DNA of 64,000 bases from Eledone cirrhosa (lineage: Eukaryota), in NCBI GenBank assembly GCA_964016885.1, contig OZ024743.1, forward strand, positions 35,588,001 through 35,652,000, in the 5' to 3' direction. The notes beneath the pieces were generated by a model. The model was not told the origin of the DNA. It saw only the letters and a program-made list of their open reading frames with translations, and did no database searches. Below, in pieces: positions 29,345 through 41,600 of the stretch. A program made the position numbers and the translations under genes. How positions within the stretch are numbered: position 1 is the first letter of the stretch; every line of letters starts with the position of its first letter.

Positions 29345-31275
29345 TATCCTACACAATACACCAGACCACACCAGACCAGACCACACCACACCAGACCAGA
29401 CCACACAAGACCACACCAGACCACATCAGACCAGACCACACCAGACCAGACCACACCAGACCACACCAGACCACACTAGACCAGACCAGACCAGACCAGA
29501 CCAGACCAGACCACACCAGACCAGACCACACAAGACCACACCAGAGAAAACCAGACCAGACCACACCACGCCAGACCACACCAGACCACACAAGACCAGA
29601 CCAGACCAGACCAGACCAGACCAGACCAAACGACACCACACCAGACCAGACCAGACCAGACCACACCAGACCAGACGACACCACACCAGACCACACCACA
29701 CCAGACCACACCAGACCACACCATACCAGACCACACCAGACCACACCAAACTTGACCAGACCAGACCACACCACACCAGACCAGACCACACCAGACCACA
29801 CCAGACCAAACCACACCAAACCACACCACACCAGACCAGACGACACCAGACCACACCAGACCAGACGACACCAGAAGACACCAGACCACACCAGACCAGA
29901 CCAGACCAGACCACACCAGACCACACCAGACCACATCACACCACACCAGACCACACCAGACCACATCACACCACATCACACCACACCAAACCAGACCACA
30001 CCAGACCACACCAGACTACACCACACCACAGCACACAACATCACACCACCATCCTACACAATACACCAGACCAGACCTGACCACACCAGACCACACCAGA
30101 CCACACCAGACCAGACCACACCAGACCACACCAGACCACATCACACCACACCAGACCACACCACACCAGACCAGACCACACCAGACCAGATCACACCAGA
30201 CCACACCAGACCACACTAGACCACACCAGACCAGACCAGACCAGACCACACCAGACCAGACCACACCAGACGACACCAGACCAGACGACACCAGAAGACA
30301 CCACACCACACCAGACCAGACCACACCAGACCAGACGACACCAGAAGACACCACACCACACCAGACCAGACCACACCAGACCACACCAGACCACACTAGA
30401 CCAGACCAGACCAGACCAGACCAGACCACACCAGACCAGACCACACAAGACCGCACCAGACAACACCAGACCAGACCACACCACGCCAGACCACACCAGA
30501 CCACACAAGACCAGACCAGACCAGACCAGACCAGACCAGACCAGACCAGACCAGACCAGACCAGACCAGACCACACCAGACCAAACGACACCACACCAGA
30601 CCAGACCACACCAGACCACATCACACCACACCAGACCACACCAGACCACATCACACCACATCACACCACACTAAACCAGACCACACCAGACTACACCACA
30701 CCACAGCACACAACATCACACCACCATCCTACACAATACACCAGACCAGACCAGACCAGACCTGACCACACCAGACCACACCAGACCACACCAGACCAGA
30801 CCACACCAGACCACACCAGACCACATCACACCACACCAGACCACACCAGACCACATCACACCACATCACACCACACCAAACCAGACCACACCAGACTACA
30901 CCACACCACAGCACACAACATCACACCACCATCCTACATAATACACCAGACCAGACCAGACCAGACCTGACCACACCAGACCACACCAGACCACACCAGA
31001 CCAGACCACACCAGACCACACCAGACCACACCAGACCACATCACACCACACCAGACCACACCAGACCACACCAGACCACATCACACCACATCACACCACA
31101 CCAAACCAGACCACACCAGACTACACCACACCACAGCACACAACATCACACCACCATCCTACATAATACACCAGACCAGACCAGACCAGACCAGACATGA
31201 CCACACCAGACCACACCAGACCAGACCACATCAGAACACACGACACCACACCATCCTACACAATATACCAGACCA
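29345..31275. repeat. Pentanucleotide satellite (CCAGA/CCACA)
   Basis: 5-bp periodicity; CATCCTACA.AATACACCAGA marker recurs at about 29345, 30050, 30725, 30930 and 31156. Confidence 0.95.
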
Positions 31276-31421
31276 CAAACTAGTGGGATATTCCACATTC
31301 CACACTGAATCCACCGCAACTTCATTACAGTTAATTATATCATTTGAACACATTTCTCAGTCATCATTATTGTATTTATCAAAAGAACGTTATTTTGGTG
31401 GCATTTTACGAGGAGACGGAA

Positions 31422-31469
<48 letters not shown>

Positions 31470-31474
<5 letters not shown>

Positions 31475-31800
31475 TATGTACACGTACATACATATATGTA
31501 TACAGACGTACAGTAGTATGTATATTTATATACATACATGCACACATATATATATGTACGTATGGATTCACCGAACATTTATTATAATGCTCGGTGTGTT
31601 TGTAAACAAACATCCCGTATTAAGCCGTAGTGTCTAGCAACCATCGTTGCTCGTTTGTTCAACACTGACAAAAGAACGCTGTACTAGTTTCAAGCTTATT
31701 AGCTATCGTCAGCAGCGTATACCTTCTTGCCAGATTGTTGAACGTATATACTTACCTTATGCATATTAACGGCTGAGTAGCCCAATTTGCACATCGAGTG
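31470..31800 (-). mobile_element. HHR-bearing short element ending in (TA)n; related to 13040-13200
   Basis: Shares GTACGTATGG...CCGAACATTTATTA...GCAACCATCGT with the reverse complement of 13040-13200. Confidence 0.65.
31676..31718 (-). ncRNA. Minimal type I hammerhead ribozyme
   Basis: Minus strand ACGCTG-CTGACGA-TAGCTAATAAGCTT-GAAAC-TA-GTA-CAGCGT: 6-bp stem I, AGCT/AGCT stem II, palindromic ACTAGT stem III. Confidence 0.8.
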
Positions 31801-31844
31801 GGATATATATATATATATATGTATAAAAAACATGGAAAGAAAGA

Positions 31845-32268
31845 GGAAAACTGCATGGTTGCACATGGGTTACATATTATAAAATTACTCCCTCATCAGG
31901 GATTTGCCAACCATCATTGGTATTTCATCGCATTAAAAATCATATACCTCAGGTTGGTGCGAGCAATAACTAAAATAAGCTATTGGGACAAGTGAATCGC
32001 GTAAAGCGAGTGAGACAAGTAAACAACATAGAAGGAAAAGCAAACCGAAGGTAGGAAAAATAGCAAGCAACATGATGGTTATCCGATCAGCATAAGGTGG
32101 GTGAATTTCATGAGCGGTCAGAAAACAGACTGTCCGACGTGAATGAGATGTGAGAAAGAAAGAATCCCACTACTAACGAACGGGAGGAAGTGAGAAGGGG
32201 AGAAACAGAGAGTGAGTGAGTGGAAGTGCGAGGAAGAGGTCAGTCGAGAGAAAGTGTAACTGACAGAG

Positions 32269-32270
<2 letters not shown>
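31845..32270 (-). mobile_element. Diverged copy of the 12210-12886 element
   Basis: GGTTGCACATGGGTTACATA...GGTTGGTGCGAGCAATAACTAAA...TATTGGGACAAG...GAGTGAGTGAGTGGAAGTGCGAGGAAGAGG. Confidence 0.8.
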
Positions 32271-32326
<56 letters not shown>

Positions 32327-32439
32327 GAGAACAACTGAAGTTCCGCATAAGGTGAAACAATTGTTCTCGGTATGGTGAACTATATATATATATATATATA
32401 TATTGTGTGTGTGTGAGGGGGGGGGGGGCGAGAGACAAC

Positions 32440-32745
32440 TAGTCTTCATTAAGACATCTCTCTAGGAGAAGAAGGTCACTCTGATATAAAACTGTGACAT
32501 CGTTTGTATCCAATGATGAAGACCAGTTCTTTTTGTGTAAATGCATACGATATTCAGAGAGTGGGATTGATCCCTTGCGAAGCCTTTCTTCACTTAAAAA
32601 AGTTTCAAGAACAGGCACCGCTTGATATGTGACATTTATGGCATTGCTGGCCATAGACAAATCCTTAGCAGGACTAAAAAGCTACGTCATACTCATGCTT
32701 AAGTATCAAGCGATGGCATTACTCGAAATCGAGTTGCAGCTATCA
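32440..32745 (-). pseudogene. Possible decayed zf-3CxxC (RTP-like) gene fragment
   Basis: Minus frame reads SCNSISSNAIA*YFKHEYDVAF*SC*GFVYGQQCHKC; resembles the (F/Y)GQxCxxC motif, but has multiple stops. Confidence 0.2.
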
Positions 32746-33260
32746 TGTATGTATATACGTATGTATGTATATATGTATGTATGTATATATGTATGTATGT
32801 GTGTGTGTATGCGAGGTTACATGGAAATACTCGGTTTGGTGCCCGAGAGCGCGCTTAGCCCACCAGGAGTAGGATGCTCCCAGTTCTTGTTAGGGCATAA
32901 TTCTACGAGAAGGAAAACTCGGATGTAAAACCTTTATTCTAATACACTCTCGCTTTGTCTCGATCAGAGACAACATTGTTCTTTCATTTAACTTTATCAT
33001 AGCTATGATTAGCTTTCAATGTAGGGTAGACACCTCAGCATGAGGTCCACTATCCCATTATTTTCTTTTCTTTGTTTTCTTTCACCCTTCTATCTGTGCT
33101 ATTTGTTTAATCACACACACATCATACCAGTAGAAAGATTTATTTTTCTGTTGCTCGACCAAGCGTTTTAAAATGGTGTTCTCAATTAAATCATGCGAAA
33201 CCATTTTGGTGGTTTGAGAGCTGATGAGGGTGTAGATGTGTGTAAACTTGTCTTCTACAT

Positions 33261-33576
33261 CAGTGCTACTCAAAGTGGTGGTCCGCGGACCGGTGCCGGT
33301 ACGCGAACCATCAGCTACCGGTACGCGGCCAGTGTCCAGGCCACGCTAAGGAATCATTTGAGGAATTTTTTTTATTACTTTTTTATATGTTTTGATATTG
33401 TATTATTTGTTTACAAAATAAATAGAAGATAAAAATAATGGTCAACTATTATTATATTCATTATATATATCGTTCCCGGTATAAATTAATATTACTACGA
33501 AATATTAGCGGTACGTGGCACATTGAAAAAAAAAAAAAATACTGGTCCGACACATCAGATAGTTTGAGAAGCACTG
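33261..33576. mobile_element. hAT-Charlie MITE, 316 bp
   Basis: TIRs CAGTGCTACTCAAA / TTTGAGAAGCACTG; perfect 8-bp TSD TTCTACAT (33253-33260, 33577-33584). Confidence 0.92.
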
Positions 33577-33990
33577 TTCTACATCACCTTTCTTTGTTTC
33601 TTTCTTCCAGTCGCTTCTGTGCACCAGAACACTTCTCCTTGTCTTTCCCCTCTTTTGATCTTTTCTATATTTCATCTGCCTGTCACCCACCTTGTGAATT
33701 CTCTCTCTGTTGACCACTGGTCACTGGTCTCTATCTTCTTAGGCATTTTTTGCCCATTGCTGTCTTTGACAGCATTTAGCTGTTTTAACAACTGTTCTAG
33801 TGATGAGTTTTCTCATTTCTATATGTATGTATATATATATATATTCTCTCTTTCTCTCTCCTTTTCCTCCTGGCCCTTTGATTAATAAAAACCCTCGGGA
33901 GCACCCGAACTACACCGATGTCCTGTATTTCAGTGCCGAAACATCGGAAACCTTGCTTTTAGTAACCACACAGCTCCTTTCGTTTCATAT

Positions 33991-34115
<125 letters not shown>

Positions 34116-34182
34116 GAAGGTTTAGCAAATAAGAAAAAGTTTCAAAATATATTTCAAAAAATTCACTGTACTTACTTGGGTT

Positions 34183-34269
34183 ACCTTTACCGAAACGGTT
34201 TCGAGTCTCAAAAATAAATGGATAGTCCTTGCGGGCATCCATTGAAAAGATAAACTCTCGTCAGAAGGT
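34183..34269 (-). ncRNA. Type I hammerhead ribozyme with extended stem II
   Basis: Minus strand ACCTT-CTGACGA-GAGT...AATGGAT...ATCCATT...ACTC-GAAACCG-TTT-CGGTA-AAGGT; intact core and GUA triplet. Confidence 0.85.
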
Positions 34270-34348
34270 TCTTTTCACTCGGAGAATATAAAGTTCCTGA
34301 GTTCGAATTACGAGCTGGCGCTATTCAAAATTGTTCACGAGATGAGAA

Positions 34349-34383
<35 letters not shown>

Positions 34384-34395
34384 TGTGTGTGTGTG

Positions 34396-34520
<125 letters not shown>

Positions 34521-34691
34521 CGTGTGCGTGCGTGTGTGTGAGCGTGTATATTTGTATATGCATGTTTAATCACACACGTTCACAGGCATTCACACATCAC
34601 ACATGTTAAATACTATATTTCTCATTGTTTATGTGACCATGAGTATGAAAAAACAACAACTCATGATTCAATTCCTGCTGGCGTAAGAGTG

Positions 34692-34720
<29 letters not shown>

Positions 34721-34729
<9 letters not shown>

Positions 34730-35440
34730 GATCGAGTATCGAAAAATCGGCGCACGAGTTCACGATAAACAATATTCGAAATGAGCGGCAGAGGGCTCAA
34801 TAATTCAGATGAATCAGAGCTATAACAATCGTTAAAATACCGTCACATATAGAACAAGTCTACAATCAACCATACGATAAAAAATCGATAATAGAAGATT
34901 CGGGACAAACAGATAAAAAATATCAATAAAACAATACATCAATAATTTAAATGAATGTAAAATCATACCCGGACCCACTAGAAAGGTGTTAAATCTAGCT
35001 TCTTGGGTTTCTGTAAATCCTTAGACTGTACTCTATCAGCTCACATATAAATATAAAAGCCTACTAGAGCAAGAGGAACGGAGTTTACTTCATCAACGAG
35101 CTTTTTTCCTAGCGGATAAGGGGCTAACCACCAGTGAAAAACGCACATGGCATTAGACAAGGGAGATAACCTCTACATCCGCGAAAACTATTCGAGGAAA
35201 TGTGGAAATACACATATCGAATAAGAGTGCTCAATAGACATGTTAAAATAAAACAAAAGCTATTCATCACTCAATAGAATCGACAAAAAATGAGCAATAA
35301 AATTAACTGGTGGATAGCTATGTCCAGAGCTAAAAATATTAGAAAGATCGAGTATCGAAAAATCGGCGCACGAGTTCACGATAAACAATATTCGAAATGA
35401 GCGGCAGAGGGCTCAATAATTCAGATGAATCAGAGCTATA
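34721..35440. mobile_element. Element with 104-bp identical terminal direct repeats (616-bp period) in (TA)n
   Basis: 34721-34824 equals 35337-35440; both ends abut TA runs. Confidence 0.75.
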
Positions 35441-35654
35441 TATATATATATATGCATATTTGCATGAGAGAGCAATGCAGAGAAGCAGGAACAAGCTGAA
35501 ACTCCACTATCTTTCTACTACTAGCAAAACCAACAATAATAACAACAACAATAGTACCAAAAACCATCACGGTGAGACCATAACAATAAGAAGAAAGTTA
35601 ACAATAGCAATATTTAAATCAACACTGAACAAAGCATTTGAACTGGACTACTTA

Positions 35655-38600
35655 AAACACCACACTGTGTCATTACTATAATGTGAAGACCTGTAATATA
35701 TAGAAACACTACACTGTGTCATTACTATAATGTGAAGACCTGTAAGATATAGAAACACTACACTGTATCATTACTATACTGTGAAGACCTGTAAGATATA
35801 GAAACACTACACTGTGTCATTACAATAATGTGAAGACCTGTAATATATAGAAACACTACACTGTGTCATTACTATAATGTGAAGACCTGTAATATATAGA
35901 AACACTACACTGTGTCATTACTATACTGTGAAGACCTGTAAGATATAGAAACACTACACTGTGTCATTACTATACTGTGAAGACCTGTAAGACATAGAAA
36001 CACTACGCTGTATCATTACAATACTGTGAAGACCTGTAATATATAGAAACACTACACTGTGTCATTACTATACTGTGAAGACCTGTAAGATATAGAAACA
36101 CTACAATGTGTCATTACTATACTGTGAAGATCTGTAAGACATAGAAACACTACACTGTATCATTACTATACTGTGAAGACCTGTAAGATATAGAAACACT
36201 ACACTGTGTCATTACTATACTGTGAAGACCTGTAAGGTATAGAAACACTACACTGTGTCATTACTATACTGTGAAGACCTGTAAGACATACACAAAAATT
36301 CACTGTATCATTACTATACTGTGAAGACCTGTAAGATATAGAAACACTACACTGTGTCATTACTATACTCTGAAGACCTGTAAGATATAGAAACACTACA
36401 CTGTATCATTACTATACTGTGAAGACCTGTAAGATATAGAAACACTACACTGTGTCATTACTATACTGTGAAGACCTGTAATATATAGAAACACTACACT
36501 GCGTCATTACTATACTCTGAAGACCTGTAATATATAGAAACACTACACTTTGTCATTACTATACTGTGAAGACCTGTAAGATATAGAAACACTACACTGT
36601 GTCATTACTATACTGTGAAGACCTGTAAGATATAGAAACACTACACTCTGTCATCACTATACTCTGAAAATCTGTAAGATATAGAAACACTACACGGTGT
36701 CATAACTATACTCTGAAGACCTGTAAGATATAGAAACACTACACTGTATCATTACTATAATGTGAAGACCTGTAAGATATAGAAACACTACACTGTGTCA
36801 TAACTATACTCTGAAGACCTATAAGACATAGAAACACTACACTGTGTCATTACTATACTGTGAAGACCTGTAATATATAGAAACACTACACTGTGTCATT
36901 ACTATACTGTGAAGACCTGTAATATATAGAAACACTACACTGTGTCATTACTATAATCTGAAGACCTATAATATATAGAAACACCACACTGTGTCATTAC
37001 TATACTCTGAAGACCTGTAAGATATAGAAACACTACACTGTATCATTACTATACTGTGAAGACCTGTATGATATAGAAACACTACACTGTGTCATTACTA
37101 TACTGTGAAGACCTGTAGGATATAGAAACACTACACTGTGTCATTACTATACTGTGAAGAACTATAATATATAGAAACACTACACTGTATCACTACTATA
37201 CTGTAAAGACCTGTAAGATATAGAAACACTACACTGTGTCATTACTATACTGTGAAGACCTGTAAGATATAGAAACACTACACTGTGTCATTACTATACT
37301 GTGAAGACCTGTAAGATATAGAAACACTACACTGTGTCATTACTATAATGTGAAGACCTGTAATATATAGAAACACTACACTGTGTCATTACTATACTGT
37401 GAAGACCTGTAAGATATAGAAACACTACACTGTGTCATTACTATAATGTGAAGACCTGTAATATATAGAAACATTACACTGTGTCATTACTATAACGTGA
37501 AGACCTGTAATATATAGAAACACTACACTGTGTCATTACTATAATGTGAAGACCTGTAATATATAGAAACACTACACTGTGTCATTACTATAATGTGAAG
37601 ACCTGTAAGATATAGAAACACTACACTGTATCATTACTATACTGTGAAGACCTGTAAGATATAGAAACACTACACTGTATCATTACTATACTGTGAAGAC
37701 CTTTGAGATATAGAAACACTACACTGTATCATTACTATACTCTGAAGACCTGTAAGATATAGAAACACTACACTGTGTCATTACTATAATGTGAAGACCT
37801 GTAATATATAGAAACACTACACTGTGTCATTACTATAATGTGAAGACCTGTAATATATAGAAACACTACACTGTGTCATTACTATACTGTGAAGACCTGT
37901 AAGATATAGAAACACTACACTGTGTCATTACTATACTGTGAAGACCTGTAAGACATAGAAACACTACACTGTATCATTACTATACTGTGAAGACCTGTAA
38001 GATATAGAAACACTACACTGTGTCATTACTATACTGTGAAGACCTGTAAGATATAGAAACACTACACTGTGTCATTACTATACTGTGAAGACATGTAATA
38101 TATAGAAACACTACACTGTGTCATTACTATACTCTGAAGACCTGTAATATATAGAAACACTACACTGTGTCATTACTATACTCTGAAGACCTATAATATA
38201 TAGAAACACTACACTGTATCATTACGATACTGTGAAGACCTGTAATATATAGAAACACTACACTTTGTCATTACTATAATGTGAAGACCTGTAATATATA
38301 GAAACACTACACTGTATCATTACTATACTGTGAAGACCTGTAAGATATAGAAACACTACACTGTGTCATTACAATAATGTGAAGACCTGTAATATATAGA
38401 AACACTACACTGTGTCATTACTATAATGTGAAGACCTGTAATATATAGAAACACTACACTGTGTCATTACTATAATGTGAAGACCTGTAAGATATAGAAA
38501 CACTACACTGTATCATTACTATACTGTGAAGACCTGTAAGATATAGAAACACTACACTGTGTCATTACAATAATGTGAAGACCTGTAATATATAGAAACA

Positions 38601-41600
38601 CTACACTGTGTCATTACTATAATGTGAAGACCTGTAATATATAGAAACACTACACTGTGTCATTACTATACTGTGAAGACCTGTAAGATATAGAAACACT
38701 ACACTGTGTCATTACTATACTGTGAAGACCTGTAAGATATAGAAACACTACACTGTATCATTACTATAATGTGAAGACCTGTAATATATAGAAACACTAC
38801 ACTGTGTCATTACTATACTGTGAAGACCTGTAAGGTATAGAAACACTACACTGTATCATTACTATACTGTGAAGACCTGTAAGATATAGAAACACTACAC
38901 TGTGTCATTACTATACTGTGAAGACCTGTAAGGTATAGAAACACTACACTGTGTCATTACTATACTGTGAAGACCTGTAAGACATACACAAAAATTCACT
39001 GTATCATTACTATACTGTGAAGACCTGTAAGATATAGAAACACTACACTGTGTCATTACTATACTCTGAAGACCTGTAAGATATAGAAACACTACACTGT
39101 ATCATTACTATACTGTGAAGACCTGTAAGATATAGAAACACTACACTGTGTCATTACTATACTGTGAAGACCTGTAATATATAGAAACACTACACTGCGT
39201 CATTATTATACTCTGAAGACCTGTAATATATAGAAACACTACACTTTGTCATTACTATACTGTGAAGATCTGTAAGATATAGAAACACTACACTGTGTCA
39301 TTACTATACTGTGAAGACCTGTAAGATATAGAAACACTACACTCTGTCATCACTATACTCTGAAAATCTGTAAGATATAGAAACACTACACTGTGTCATA
39401 ACTATACTCTGAAGACCTGTAAGATATAGAAACACTACACTGTATCATTACTATAATGTGAAGACCTGTATGATATAGAAACACTACACTGTGTCATAAC
39501 TATACTCTGAAGACCTATAAGACATAGAAACACTACACTGTGTCATTACTATACTGTGAAGACCTGTAATATATAGAAACACTACACTGTGTCATTACTA
39601 TACTGTGAAGACCTGTAATATATAGAAACACTACACTGTGTCATTACTATACTCTGAAGACCTATAATATATAGAAACACCACACTGTGTCATTACTATA
39701 CTCTGAAGACCTGTAAGATATAGAAACACTACACTGTATCATTACTATACTGTGAAGACCTGTATGATATAGAAACACTACACTGTGTCATTACTATACT
39801 GTGAAGACCTGTAGGATATAGAAACACTACACTGTGTCATTACTATACTGTGAAGAACTATAATATATAGAAACACTACACTGTATCATTACTATACTGT
39901 AAAGACCTGTAAGATATAGAAACACTACACTGTGTCATTACTATACTGTGAAGACCTGTAAGATATAGAAACACTACACTGTGTCATTACTATACTGTGA
40001 AGACCTGTAAGATATAGAAACACTACACTGTGTCATTACTATAATGTGAAGACCTGTAATATATAGAAACACTACACTGTGTCATTACTATACTGTGAAG
40101 ACCTGTAAGATATAGAAACACTACACTGTGTCATTACTATAATGTGAAGACCTGTAATATATAGAAACATTACACTGTGTCATTACTATAACGTGAAGAC
40201 CTGTAATATATAGAAACACTACACTGTGTCATTACTATAATGTGAAGACCTGTAATATATAGAAACACTACACTGTGTCATTACTATAATGTGAAGACCT
40301 GTAAGATATAGAAACACTACACTGTATCATTACTATACTGTGAAGACCTGTAAGATATAGAAACACTACACTGTATCATTACTATACTGTGAAGACCTTT
40401 GAGATATAGAAACACTACACTGTATCATTACTATACTCTGAAGACCTGTAAGATATAGAAACACTACACTGTGTCATTACTATAATGTGAAGACCTGTAA
40501 TATATAGAAACACTACACTGTGTCATTACTATAATGTGAAGACCTGTAATATATAGAAACACTACACTGTGTCATTACTATACTGTGAAGACCTGTAAGA
40601 TATAGAAACACTACACTGTGTCATTACTATACTGTGAAGACTTGTAAGACATAGAAACACTACACTGTATCATTACTATACTGTGAAGACCTGTAAGATA
40701 TAGAAACACTACACTGTGTCATTACTATACTGTGAAGACCTGTAAGATATAGAAACACTACACTGTGTCATTACTATACTGTGAAGACCTGTAATATATA
40801 GAAACACTACACTGTGTCATTACTATACTCTGAAGACCTGTAATATATAGAAACACTACACTGTGTCATTACTATACTCTGAAGACCTATAATATATAGA
40901 AACACTACACTGTATCATTACGATACTGTGAAGACCTGTAATATATAGAAACACTACACTTTGTCATTACTATAATGTGAAGACCTGTAATATATAGAAA
41001 CACTACACTGTATCATTACTATACTGTGAAGACCTGTAAGATATAGAAACACTACACTGTGTCATTACAATAATGTGAAGACCTGTAATATATAGAAACA
41101 CTACACTGTGTCATTACTATAATGTGAAGACCTGTAATATATAGAAACACTACACTGTGTCATTACTATAATGTGAAGACCTGTAAGATATAGAAACACT
41201 ACACTGTATCATTACTATACTGTGAAGACCTGTAAGATATAGAAACACTACACTGTGTCATTACAATAATGTGAAGACCTGTAATATATAGAAACACTAC
41301 ACTGTGTCATTACTATAATGTGAAGACCTGTAATATATAGAAACACTACACTGTGTCATTACTATACTGTGAAGACCTGTAAGATATAGAAACACTACAC
41401 TGTGTCATTACTATACTGTGAAGACCTGTAAGATATAGAAACACTACACTGTATCATTACTATAATGTGAAGACCTGTAATATATAGAAACACTACACTG
41501 TGTCATTACTATACTGTGAAGACCTGTAAGGTATAGAAACACTACACTGTGTCATTACTATACTGTGAAGACCTGTATGATATAGAAACACTACACTGTG

